A stretch of 64,000 nucleotides of DNA from Callorhinchus milii (lineage: Eukaryota), in assembly GCF_018977255.1 (NCBI RefSeq), contig NW_024704743.1:92196001-92260000 (forward strand). Reading direction: 5' to 3'. The position numbers and the translations under genes were made by a program. Below, piece after piece: positions 22,811 to 36,007 of this stretch. Within the stretch, counting starts at the first letter, position 1, and every line of letters starts with the position of its first letter. Below the pieces are notes generated by a model that was given only the letters and a program-made list of their open reading frames with translations, ran no database searches and was not told the origin of the DNA.

Positions 22811-23975
22811 AATTGAGCTGGTGGCATAATACACCAATAATTCTGAAATTACATAGTTTAAAGAGCAATTACCTTAGTCTATAATGTTTCACAAGACTAT
22901 CGACAAGACCATTGTCTGATCTTACCCAGCTCGTCAGTTTGGGTATCATTTCTCTCTCAGGTTCCTCTCACTACGATACAGTATATTCCTTTCTTCTCCG
23001 GATCTTTATCCATATTTAGGGATAGCTCCCTCACAAGCCTGAGGTCCCTCCCGAATAGCCAAGTCCTCAGTTTTAGACTCTGTCAGAGGGAAAATTTGAA
23101 ATTGGTTCCTACCCTCTGTGTGAACCAATTAAATCAAGCTGTTCACATTCACTCTCGTGAACTTGAGGCACTGTCCTATTGTTTCGTAATTATTTAAACA
23201 CTAGCTGTACCCATTACAGGTTCGCTTGCAACCAGAGGATCCAATATGGAATGTAGATTGACACACAGACAGAGATTTTTGTTTTTATTAGCATAGATAG
23301 ATTATTATATAAAATTATATACCTAAGAGGGGGAGGAGTTAAACCCCAGCCCTAGGTGAGGCCCCAACCCCAGATGAGGCTTGAACTGGAGCCCCAGGCT
23401 TCACTATCCCTGGCTAGTCGTTGCTAGACCGCGGCACGGAGGAACCCGGTAACTCCGAGCCTTACTGAGCCAACCATCACCGGCCCAACTCCGACATGGC
23501 ACCGTCCAACCCAGAAACAGCAAGAAAAGCGGCTGAACAGCTGCCGTCAACACTGCTCGAGGAGACTTCCACCTCACCACCATCAGGTTTTGTCTGGGTG
23601 TGTGCTCTGTGACGCACGATGCCACAGCACCCCTGTGAGTCGGTGCGGCTATCAGGTGTAACTGCAGCGGAAAATGCAAAACTGCCATACATGTGTGATG
23701 AGCTTGTTTAGGTCATAGCTCACCAACAATAGGAGATCCCTGAAAACAATATGCCCCAGATGCAAGACCTTTCCAATGATGTACAAATCATGTCTCTTAA
23801 GTTAATCGGTTATTGAGGTCTTGGTTGATACACACACGCAGACAAAGTCATTTTATTAGTATAGAAGTTATACAAAGTAGAATGCAGAGGTGTTATACCT
23901 CTACAACAGTATTTAGTTGTACCCGGAAGGTTACTAGAGACATGATATATCTATGCAATCTGACTGAAATGAAAA

Positions 23976-25560
23976 CAAGAAGATTACTTTTGTATAGCGC
24001 CTTTCACGTCGGGAGGACGTCCCAAGACCCTGGACAATGTACAGCATTTCAGACCGAACTGGGATCAAGGAGGGAGAAGGGAGGGGAGGGGAAGAGTGGT
24101 GACCGATGACATGGTCGAAGAGGAGGGTTTTGAGGCGGGACTTGAAGGAGCATTCGATACGGTCGACCACGCTACCCTCCTCCATCACTTGTCCTCCCAC
24201 CTCAACCTTCAAGGCCCTATCCTTGAGTGCTTTAGGTCATACCTCTCCCACCGTCTTCATTTTGTTTCACAAATGGCTTTTCCTCCAGCCCCTGCACTGT
24301 CTCGTGCGGTGTCCCTCAGGGCTCTGTCCTCGGTCCCCTCCTCTTCACCCTCTATATGCTCCTCCTTGGTGATATCATCTGCAGACATGGGGTTAACTTC
24401 CACATGTATGCGGATGACACCCAACTCTACCTTTCCTCCTCTACCCTCAACTCCACGACCACCGATGTCCTGACAGTCTGCCTGTCTGACATTGAGTCCT
24501 GGACGAGAGACAACTTTCTTCAGCTCAACGTGCGTAAAACTGAGGCCCTCCTGATTGGCTCACGTCAGCGCCTCCGCACCTCAGGCGCTGACAGCATCAG
24601 CATCCAAGGCTGCACTCTCCACCTCTCAAAGCCGGTCAGGAACCTCGGTGTTCTGTTCGACCCTGAGCTGTCCTTTCTTCCTCATATCCGCGCCACAACT
24701 GGCACCGGCTTCCATCACCTCCGAAACATCGCCAGACTATGGCACTACCTCACCTCTCACGCTGCTGAAGCTCTGGTCCACGCCTTTATCACCTCAAGGC
24801 TGGACTATGGGAACTCTCTCCTCGCCGGCCTTCCCGGCACCTCCCTCCACAAGCTGCAGGTCATTCAGAACTCTGCAGCTCGTGTACTGTCCCGCACCAG
24901 GCTTTGGGAACACATCACTCCCACCCTCGCTCGCCTCCACTGGCTCCCCATCCCCCAGATGATCGAATTCAAGATCCTCATCCTCACCTACAAGGCCATT
25001 CACGGCCTCGCTCCCTCCTACCTCTCCAACCTACTATCCCCCTATACCTGCTCGTACCCTCCGTTCCTCTGGCTCTGGTCTGTTCCACATCCCCCGTCCC
25101 AACCGTCCTACCATCGGTGGCCGGACCTTCAGCCTCTCAGCCCCGAGGCTCTGGAACTCCATCCCCCAGTGCCTTCGCCGCTTCCTTCCTTTCCTCCTTC
25201 AAGGCCGGTCTCAAGACCTTTCTCTTTGCCCGTGCCTTCAGCTCCCCTCTCGACTCTCTACCCCCTCCTCGCTCCTGCCCTCCCCTCACCCTGACCATTT
25301 CCCCCTGCTCGGGTCCTGATCCAACTGTACAGCGCCTTGGGACGTCCTCCCGACATGAAAGGCGCTCTATAAATGGAATCTTGTTGTTGTTCTTGTTGAG
25401 GCTAAGGAGGGGGCGAGGCGGAGTGATTGGGGGATGGAATTCTAGAGGTTGGGGGCAGCGTGGCTGAAGGCTTTCCCGCCAATGGTGGGGCGGATGGGTC
25501 GGGGGACGTGGAGCAGGCCAGAGCCGGCTGAGCAGAGGGAACGGGCGGGTTGGTAGGGGA
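23976..25560 (-). mobile_element. Older L2 3' fragment split by the 24151 insertion
   Basis: 23976-24150 joined to 25398-25560 is collinear with the uninterrupted copy at 36845-37180. Confidence 0.85.
24151..25397 (+). mobile_element. Young 5'-truncated L2 LINE (reverse transcriptase C-terminal part plus 3' UTR)
   Basis: PQGSVLGP and [12 protein letters not shown] motifs, VRNLGVLFD, (TTG)n tail; GAG flanks both ends. Confidence 0.95.
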
Positions 25561-28500
25561 TTAGGGTGTTAGGTAGGGTGGGAAAATGCATGGTTAGTGA
25601 ATCGTTGAGCAATTGCCTATCTTTATATTGTAACATTGTCCTCAACAACAAAACAGAGTCAGGTTTGAATTCTGTCAGTTGAAGTTCTACACTTGGCCTT
25701 CTGAGTTAGTGAGGAAAAGTCACCACTCCTGATCATAATCCACTGACTTGCCAACCGCCCCCCCCACCACCCCCCCCAACCATCTCGAAATCCACTCTGC
25801 TGGAGTCAAATCGACTCACCATAGAAGCTTACACATGAAGAATGACTGCTTCGGTGACGTGCTGCGGAATGTGATCAGCACTCGTGGGACTAACCTAACC
25901 AGAGCTCAACACCTGTAAGAGAAAACTGGATTGGAGCAAATTGTTAAAGAAAAATTGGCAAAGGGCAAAATTGTACATGAATTTCTGACTCAATATGTAG
26001 TATTGCTCAAACTGTAGAGTCCATACAGCTGAAACCATAAGACAGTCAGGAGGAGTTAGCCTTGGAAGTGATTTGCACTGAGCAGCAGCAATTGATAATG
26101 CAGTGAAGGTAACCAAATGGACAAAGACGCAGGAAATTCTGGAACACTGAAACCTCTCTCACATAGCATCATTAATATTTAATCAATTTTTGGTCCCTTA
26201 CCGCTACTTTGGCTGAGATCAGCTAATTTAATACAACCAGAATTAATATATTTTGGAAAGCTGTGCTGAATGGTTGATACACAAACTTGTACTTTATTAG
26301 ACGATAAAATAGCTGATGTTGTATCTGCGGCAACAGGGATTCATTTATTGTTTGTCAGCAACTCAAGACAGATTGTTCACATTATTCCTCCTTGTCTCCA
26401 CTTCCAGATAATGGTTATCAACATTGTGTCCGGTACTTCATCCTCCTTTGCTGCAGTATGTGGTGTCTTATGAGACTAGAGCTGATAACTGCTTTGCTTG
26501 CAAGTGATGCATTATTGCACATGACCTATACTTCTCCCAGCGAATCTCATGGGAAGGTCAGTTTCCTACATTGTTTTTTGTTTTTAAATAAACATGCAGC
26601 ACCATAAAGCTATGTTTCTGCCAAGTGCATTGTTTTATATTATGACCTATACAAGCAATTTATATCACTTCCACACATAAAGCTTCAAGGTTTAGAGTTG
26701 CTGGAGCCTTCACTTTTCTCAATTTTTTTTCAAGCACAGCATATACTGTATTCTGGTATGTTTTATGAGTTCTGGGACCATGGAACTATAACACCAAAGG
26801 AAGCAGTCAAAGACTTACGAGGATTAAGTTTGCCAGTAAATTTATCGCCCTTGCTGGGTTGAGTTCATAATGTTCCTATTATAAGTTTGCTTTGCCGAGG
26901 TAGGTAAATTTCATTAAAATTTTATTTTAATTTAATTAGAACACTGTGCTTTGATGTTGGGGACTTGTGTTTCAGTTCAGCCCAGACTGGTTGAGGAGAA
27001 GATCTCTCTTCTCTTCTAGCTGTAAAATTTCTATATCAGATGAGCTAGAGCCAATCTCATTCCATCTCTTAGCTAGCGTAAAGCCGCAGTGACTTTCTGC
27101 TGTGAAATTTCACAATCTTACTCAGACGGGCCACATTGAACACTTGTTGACAAGTGGAGAATAACATGTCGCTCAGAAGATACACAGTCAATCACTTTAC
27201 AGTATATCCTGCAAAGTGCTTTGAGATGTCTGAATGATGTGAAAGACGCTATATCAAATGCAAGGATTATTATTATTATGTATTCATTCCGAAGGTCATT
27301 GAATAAGACATCAAATGGACAATAACCTCTCATGATTAGAGGGTGTATGTCCGATTTACTCCTTGTTGCACCAGGAAGAAAAGTACAGTGCCAAATGGCT
27401 TTTCTTGCTCATTGTTTTCCTATGATTTTGTGGTATACATTACAGAGACATGTTTTTCACAAATCTGTAAAGCATATGATTTGAATGAGTACTAAATGAG
27501 TCTGCACAGCAGAGTAATGGGTTAGAGCTTCAACATAGTGGGAGGCTACAACGTAAGAGTCCCAAACTGAATTTGCAAAGGATCGTGAATATGAAATCTT
27601 GCCAGGAACTGGGTATGCATTACACTGACCCTGTGGGAACTCTGCTCCTATGAGATCTTCTGAACACAGAAAACCTCTATTCACTATAATGTATTATATA
27701 AAATCCAAAGAATTTGTAATTATCAAATCCTTCCGATTGTGAGTGACAGGTTATGTGCCAATTCAAGCTACAGAACATCACTCAAGACAGCTCGGTTAGA
27801 TTGCACCGGAGCTGAGTTACGGCAGGTTGGCATGACACATTTCAGATTTCAGCATTTAGCAATCCTCTGCTAATCCTGTTGCAACTGCAACATTTATAAT
27901 AGACATTTTCAACGGCAACGTCTAACCTGCAGATGCTGTGAGGACTGTTATGTTCCAGACTTATTGGGAAATGTGTTCAGTTGGAGCATGCTTACAGTTG
28001 CTGCCTGGGCTGTGTGTGTATCTTTCTGTTCCAGGTACAATATTAGGTTTCGTAATTCTGTAGGAATAAGAATGTGTGTGGCTGCCTGTGGTGCTGTACT
28101 GTACAGGCATGATGGAGGCTCTTGTAAGCACAGGGAGTAAAAACAATCAACTGAGACATGTCGGGTGACATCTGATTAAGTTAATGTTCCATTTGAATAG
28201 AATCCCATGAGGCAGCAACTGTTTTGTGCAAGCATTTTTTTCTCTAAGTTCACTTAAAAAAGAACATTATAATAAAAAACGACAGAATGAAAAATGGAAT
28301 GTAATTGGTTCGGCTTTTTAAATTGTTAAGACTCTGCCTTGCAGAGCTAATAAATGAGACCTCAGAAACCTGCTCTCAATGCAGCTTAAGCAGCATTAAA
28401 TGGAATGATCCAGTGTGAAATATAGGGAGGGAACTGCTACAATTACTTTCTTTTGAGTAATGCTCCGAATTGTGCCGAAATTATTTGTCCTCCAGGCCTG

Positions 28501-30050
28501 TAACTTGGATCCATACCAACACTGCAGAGACCTAAATTATGAGCCTCTGCCAAATGACACACCTGTATTTTCAAAGCTGCAGTCAGTGCAGTTTCTAAAC
28601 AGTTTCTAAACCTGAGCCTCCATGGATATTGCCCTTTAAAACTTTTGCTCAGAAACAGCAGCATCGCTGTTAGTGAATTAACAGCATCGCTCCCATGTGC
28701 CTCACAGCGATGTCCACTGCTTTTTGTCAGTCAGTGAGGCCTCCTGTTACATGAAAGTAAACTACTCCCCCAGGACTTGGTTTGTTACGCTTGAGTGTTT
28801 CTGAGAAAAATCACCATTCCGTACTGTATCTGCGGATACAATACTTCCTCCCTTCGCTACTCAACCTTGCAACCAGCAACCTTTGGCAAAGCATCTGTTT
28901 TCCCTGAATCTGCTTTGGTCTTGAGGTCTTCCTCCTAGGTGCCAGCTGCCTTTCCAATGACTCTTGTTTGTGCTGAGGTCCCCTGTCACCGTCGTCTGTA
29001 GGGTGCTTTAGCAGTGAATAATGTAGATTTATTGCCATTAAGAGACTACCAGGTCTCAGACCGTCTCAGCACCAGCTGATAGTATCTAATAGCTCTCATA
29101 AGAAGGTTATTTCCCAGAGCAGGGAACTTTGTGTCCTCACTCTACGCTACAAAATATGGATACTGTCTATGCTGGAGTCAATTTTGTCAGCCTTACATCA
29201 CACAGGTATTTAATGAAGACTCAGGATTGACGTTCCTAAATCTACTTTTGGAGCAGGGGTGTCTCAAGGTAATATGATGTGAGTGTAAAACACCACATTA
29301 CATACCTTTTGATGTCTTAATTAGAAAATTCCCTTAAGACATACTACAAAATTTACCAGGCTTTACAATCAAGCTGTGCCTACCCTATGCCTCAAATATG
29401 TACTTGGCATTGATCCAGCTTGGCTCCACATTGGTGCAAGCCATGTTAAGATTGTATGACAATATTTGAAAATAAGGAGTTTCTCCTGGTGTCCTGGACA
29501 TCAATCCTCCAGACATTTCACCCACAAAATACAGCTCCCAGAGCTTGGTGTGGGAACAGACATGAGCTGCACGATAAATCCACTTTACAGTATATCCTGT
29601 GAAGTGCTTTGAGATGTCTGGACAAGGTGATAATGTTCTAGACCAAATGCAAGGATTAGCTTTATTATATTTATAGGTCATTCACATCATGGCCGTTTCT
29701 GGGACATTTTTCTGCAAAACCAAGCTGCTCATTTGCCTACAAAATCAATCACTGCATGTGATAGCAGTTACTTGTAAAATACTTTTAGATATTGTGATGT
29801 TCTGGGCCCTATATCAAATGTGAAGAATATTATTATGGTTACAATGGAACTATATTATAATGTGGTGGTTGAAATGAAATTCCAACCTGTGCTATAAGGA
29901 GGTGCGCTAACTGTTTTCACTGTGTGTTAAATACACACAGCAAAAAATACTAACTGTGGCTTAAATCCACCCACATCATAGGAATATTTTCAAGCCAGGC
30001 TACAAACTGTGCCAAATTCAATCATTTTGTCTCTGTGAGGAACAAATTAG

Positions 30051-30490
30051 TGTGTCAGCTTGGCTCAGTGGAAGCACTCTCGCCCCTGAGTAAGAAGGTT
30101 GTTGAATCCCATGACAGGACTTGAACCCACAGTCAAAGCTGACACTCCAATGCAGTGCTGAGGGAGTGTTGTATTGTCAGATGTACCATCTTTTGAATGA
30201 TACATTAAACCAATGTCCCATCTGCCTGTTTAGGTGAACATTAAAGATCACATGGCACTATTCGAAAAGAGAAGAAAATTCTCCTGGTGTGCTGGCCAGC
30301 AATCCCCCAAATAAAATTAATCATTCATTTCATGGCTGTTTGTGCAACATTGCTATGTGCAATTGTGCTGGCGGGTATGCCTACAAATATAAATACACAC
30401 AGTCACTTCATTTCACAATAAATACTGTGAAGCGCTTGGGACATCCTTCCAGAGTGTCAAGGCACTATACCAAATACAAGGATTATTATT
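30051..30490 (+). mobile_element. Older Deu-type tRNA SINE (SacSINE1-like), full length
   Basis: GTGTCAGCTTGGCTCAGTGGAAGCACTCTCGCC head, GCTGACACTCCAATGCAGTGCTGAGGGAG, TTAAAGATCACATGGCACTATTCGAA, L2-type tail, (ATT)n. Confidence 0.85.
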
Positions 30491-31054
30491 GTGAAATACC
30501 GTATTGGGCTTCAGTCATCATCACAAACAGATGCTTTGTAAACCGTGTTTATTTTGCTGAAGATTGATCACAGAAACAGTTTGTATGAAAATAAGTCAAT
30601 ATGTGATTTACAGTTAATGTCCCTGTAACAAGAATTACAACTAGCTATTCTGTCTCTTTCTCCTTCCCTGACACTGTATCTCTTTAAACACATGTTGTGC
30701 TGGATTGCCATAAAGTCCTGCTGAGGACAACAGTCATAGAGGTTTTTCTTCTGTTTTTATAGCAACACTGAGTTTATGTGCATCTCTGTCTGTGTCTCAA
30801 CAAATGGGCAGGAAAGACTTCACCGAAGCAGAGATTTTTTTTTGGAGGAGAGGAAAATTGACATGCTTGTATTTTCATAACAGTATTATGAGTTGACCCA
30901 CTCCCTTATCCCTGAAGCACCAAAGTTTTGTAACTAAAAAATAGCAAAAAGATACCCTATGATGGTCAACATGTTTCTGACAGTAAGCAATAATAAGAAA
31001 TGTAAACTGCTGCTGGGAGCCATGGAGTTCCTTAGTCTTTGAAGGAACAACAAA

Positions 31055-31460
31055 AACAACAAATTGCATGTATATAACGCCTTCCACGTTGGAGTACATC
31101 CCAAGGGGCTGGACAGTCAAGGAGCCAAGGGAGGGAGGCGAGGCAAAGGGATTCCTGGATGGAGTTCCAGAGGTCGGGGGCAGAAAGGCTGAAGATCAGT
31201 GCCTACCGAGCAGCGGGAGTGGGCAGGTTGGTATGGTTTTAGTAGATTACAGAGGTAGGGAGGAGCAAGATCAAGGAAGGGTCAACAAAAGAAAGGCCGA
31301 AGACAGTAAACTCAATCCTCTGGGGGATGGGAAGCTAATGAAGTTTGGCAAGGATGGGATTGATCTGCTCTCAGAGCTTGGTGTGGGAGCGGACATGAGC
31401 TGCAGAGTTCTGAATAATCTGGAGTTGTGGAGGGAGAAGTTGGGAAGTCCAGCGAGCAGG
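31055..31460 (-). mobile_element. Decayed L2 3' fragment
   Basis: (CAA)n tail; [11 protein letters not shown] on the minus strand. Confidence 0.7.
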
Positions 31461-31919
31461 AACGAAGGACATGAGATTTTGAAGGTAATTCAGGATCGAA
31501 AGCAACAGTAGTCCAGAAGCTTCATGGTATTCACCAAGTCAGGTTACCCCTGGCGATATGAAGAGGCAGATGCTCACGGCACGATTGGTAAAATAATGAT
31601 ACAAATACTTGTGTGTGCAGAGGAACAATTTGCTTTATTGCCTCTACACAATGGGACTTTATTAAAGAGACTAGGAGAAATGAAATCTGATATTCAATTG
31701 GAGGAAACATGAATTTATGCTGTTAGAATTTATCCAAAATGAATCAATTTGTTATTCTTCGGGCTTTGGAATTCAGTTTCTCAGCTTGTTATGTTTTCAC
31801 TCAGCTGATTCTTTATGGGACACTCTCACTTATTCTGATCAGATCCCTGTTTTGTGTCTACACTCTGGCTATGCATCTGAGTTATGTCCCAGACGGGCGT
31901 TTAATGCATTACAATTTAA

Positions 31920-32950
31920 TACAAAATTACATTTGTATAGCGCCTTTCACATCGGGAGGACATCCCAAGACGCTGAACAGTCAGGGATCTGGATCTGATT
32001 TGTGGGTCAGGATCGGGGGGAGGTGGAGTGCAGGTGGGTGGCCGTAAGCTTGGTCGAAGAGGAGGGTTTTGAGACACACCTTGAAGGAAGCAAGAGAGAG
32101 AACAAGGTGAAGGGAATGTGGGATGGAGTTCCAAAGGATGGGGGCAGAAAGGCTGAAGGCCTGACGGCCGATGGTGGGGTGGGTCCGGCAGGGGAGATGG
32201 AGCAGGCCACTGCCTACTGAGTGGAGGGAACGGACAGGTTGATATGGGGTCAGCAGGTCACAAAGGTAGGAAGGACCAAGGCCATGGATAGCCTTGCAAA
32301 GCGAGGACGAGGATTTTGAACTCTATACTCTGGGCGATGGGTAGCCAATGGAGCCGGTGGGAGTGATGGAGTCATGGAACCTGGTGCAGGAAAGGACATG
32401 ACCTGCAAAGTTCTGGATGATCTGCAGCTTGTGGAGGGATGATTTGGGGAGGCTGACAAGCAGGGAGTTGGCGTAATCAAGCCTAGATGTAATAAATGCG
32501 TGAATGAGGGTTTCGGTGGCCTAAGGGGAGAGGCAATGGTGGAGCCGGGCAATATTACGGAGGTAGGGGAAGGCAGAACGGGTCATGGCAAGGATGTGGA
32601 GTAGAAAGAACAGTTGAGGGTCAAACAAGATGCCAAGGTTCTGGACTGGCTTGGTGAAGCCAGCGCCTGATGTGTGAAGGTGCTGACGGGAGCCATTCAG
32701 GAGAGCCTCAATTTTGTTAATGTTCAACTGTAGAAAGTTAGCTCTCATCCAGGACTTGATGTCTGGCAGACATTCTGTCAGCACAGCAGTGGTCCTAGAG
32801 TCAAGGGTCAAGGCAGAGAGGTAGAGTTGGGTGTCATCCGCATACATGTGGAAATTGACCCCATGTCTGCGAATGATATCACCAAGAGGGAGCATGTACA
32901 TGTTGAAGAAGAGTGGACCAAGGACAGAGCCCTGAGGAACGACAGAAAGA
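31920..32950 (-). mobile_element. L2 fragment with RT core
   Basis: ORF 32521..32901(-) [17 protein letters not shown]; tail hairpin at ~31938-31975. Confidence 0.92.
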
Positions 32951-34339
32951 GCACCTTACGGAAGATCTATGAGTAAAGGAGAAGTCACTTGTGACACCCA
33001 AATCTGTCCAAGAGTTAGTAATCAAAGACTAGCAAGATAAAAATGTGGAATCAAATATTCATAGATTTGAGCTGATGAAAGACAAGATTGAGAGCGAAAG
33101 AAATCTTCTCTTAATCTCGGGACTGACATTTTTTCTGGTGTCACTTAATTTTAGTTAGTAGCATCTGGGCCAGAAGGCAAAGGGTTCAAGCCCAACATTG
33201 AAACTTGAACTCACAATAGGAATGCTGCTTTATTTGAAGCGCCATTTGTCAGATGAGATGTCAAAACAAAGTATTGGCTGGCTCTTCAAGTGAATCGAAT
33301 GACACTATTTGAATAATGAAGGGAGTTTCTCCTGATTTCCTGGGCAACAATCCTCCAGATAAATTGATCATTCCCTTCATAGCCAAACACAGCAATGTAT
33401 TTTATTTAGTGAGGGCTTGAGACTTTCATTCCCAGTGACAATAACCATTATTTTAAAATATTTGTGACAATGTGTTAAATCATCTATCAGTGGATAGAAT
33501 TAAAGGGTTTAGTGATCCTCACTCAGCAAAAAAAAAAGCAAAACTTCTAATTCTATCCACGAGTGGTGATTTAATGTTTCTTATCTTAGCTAACATTCAG
33601 TGACCCTGATTAATTTCGTAAAGTTTGACAAATTGATTGTGGGAAGTCATATTATAATATAGTGTATCTAGACTTCCAAAAGACTTTTGACAAAGTACTA
33701 CACAAAAGAATTGTAATTTTATAATGTTCCTGATAATGTGAGTCTTGCTGTCTGTTAAGATTGTTGGACCTTGGCTCAAGATTTTGTTATAAACTTTGCT
33801 ACATAACAGTTAGTCATCTGCCAGTGCTTCTCCTGGTATTGTGTGCAAAACTGACTGCCACGTCCGCCTACAAATATACAGTTACTACACTTTCCAGTGA
33901 ACCACTTTGTGATGTTCAAGGACATGATAAGCTGCTGTATCAAATGCAGAAGCTACATTCGAGAGTCAAACATACGCATGGTTGGATGAACTGAAGTATG
34001 ACTTTTGCATCATTATTTTTTGCATGAGGAGAGTACAATCAATGGCAGATTAACTCTGGAAAACATATACTCTATAAAAGTTACTCTAATGGCTCAGAAG
34101 ATTAGAATTTAAAAATTAAATTGCTGCTTCAAAGTCCCAACAAATAGCAGGCAAGGCAAGAAGAAATCACTTACTTGGAGGGTTGCCGCCTAGTGGTTTA
34201 TATTAGTATTAAATAAGGAATATGGCAACATTTTAACCATAGAATTTTACAGCACACAAAGAGGTCATTCAGCTCATCAATTTTCCTGATGTATTTCTCC
34301 AGACACCTAATCCTACTCTTGCTTGAACTCTTAAATCAT

Positions 34340-34697
34340 GGAATCCTGTAGCTTAGTGGTTAGAGCACTCACTTCGCAAGTGAGACAACCTGAGTTTGAT
34401 TCCCGGGTGGGGCAAAATGTTGTGCAAGTTTCCTTACTCCACATGCCTCTGTTTACCTAGCAGTAAGTAGGAACCTAGTTGTTAGTCGATTGGTAGATCG
34501 CTTTTCCGGGATTAATAAATCCTTCAAAATAAAAGTAATAAAAAAACGTTTGTGGGACACTGCTGTGCGCAATTGGCTGCTGTGTTTCGCTCACAAAATA
34601 TACTGCCAATTCACTTTACAATATATTCTGTGAAGCGCTTTGAGGCGTCTCGAAGATGTGATAAGATGCTATATCAAATGCAAGTAGTATTATTATT
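34340..34697 (+). mobile_element. tRNA-derived SINE (long subtype), full length
   Basis: Head GGAATCCTGTAGCTTAGTGGTTAGAGCAC, internal block, tail with TCGAA loop. Confidence 0.92.
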
Positions 34698-34769
34698 GAC
34701 AAGCTAACACAGGAAGGAAGGGAGGGAGGTTATATATCTATGAAAGTTAAGTGTCTAGGATTTTACATA

Positions 34770-34908
34770 ACTCCCTGGAAAGAGTGTGCATTCCATTCCA
34801 ACAATCTATCTCTGGGATTTCTATGTGTAGGTGGGATTCATGGAATTCTCAGTTTGGTTTGGATATTTTTAAGCATGGATAGGATTCCGCATGTGTCAGA
34901 CACCTGGA
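34770..34908 (-). mobile_element. Family X, left-end fragment
   Basis: Reverse complement matches 5500-5640 (TATCCAAACCAAACTGAGAATTCCATG..GAAATCCCAGAGATAGATTGTTGGAATGGAATGCACACTCT). Confidence 0.85.
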
Positions 34909-36007
34909 TGAACAAAAAAAAGGAATGTCAGATAAAAGATTTTAGTTAGTCAATTGAGAAATGTTTAAGCAGCAAAATATGATGGACTTGTGATGTGTGT
35001 GGTTTGCAGGACATATGTCACATGCACAAGCAAGATATTCAGGGGATTTGTAAGCTGTGAAAGGGTTGTATCCTTCAAGTGCAGAATTATTGATCTTGAA
35101 GGACTAACAGCATTCATAAAGGGAAAAGTGTTCTGAAGTAGATGATCACGCAGATGATCACCCTATGCGTGGGCAGCACCAGTGAGCAAGACGAAAACAA
35201 TGGGTCATTGGAGATAGGTAGAGACAGTTAATTCAGGAGACTTTTGTAAGTCTGGATTTGTCTAATAGTCCTTGATGCAGACAGTCACTATAAAATCAAG
35301 GAGGATAACCTCGAATAAAATAAAGGCCTCTATGGAACAAGGGGCTAATTCGCCCACAAAGTACACACAGCCACATCACTTCACAGGGTACGCCATGAAA
35401 TGCTTTGCGATATCTCAACAATGTGATAAGGCACTATACAAAATGCAAGGATTATTAGGGGAAAAACCTTGTCTTATATGTGGAAGAACACAGTATGTAT
35501 TTTGTTTGTATCCTACTCAGTTCTGCGTTAAATTTTTCCCATTTCTGATCTTCCATTTTATCCACTTTGTTTTTCAGCTAAGGTAGCTGTGCCAAGTCAT
35601 GTCTTATTTCCAGGAGATTTTCTCTTTTCCATGATCCTGCTCTCCATGTTTACTTTGTCCATTTTGACAGCGAATCTGATCATATTGTGGTAACTGTTTC
35701 TTAAATGTTTCCTACCTTCAAGTTGCTTAACTTCCTTGGCTCATTGCCCAGTATCAAATGAAGCACTGCTTCCTTCCTTGTGGGTTTATTAACATACCAC
35801 TGTAAGAAACAGTTTTCAATGCACTTATAAACCCTTCACATTCTGTCTACCCTTATCTTTTCTAGTCTATCCTCGGGTAAGGAAAGTCATTCAATTTTAT
35901 GGACCTGTTATTCTTCCTAACTGTCCCAACTTATCTCAACATTTCTTCCTCAACGTTCTTAGCATAATCCATGTGAGGTTACCATGGATAAATTTCACTT
36001 TACTATA

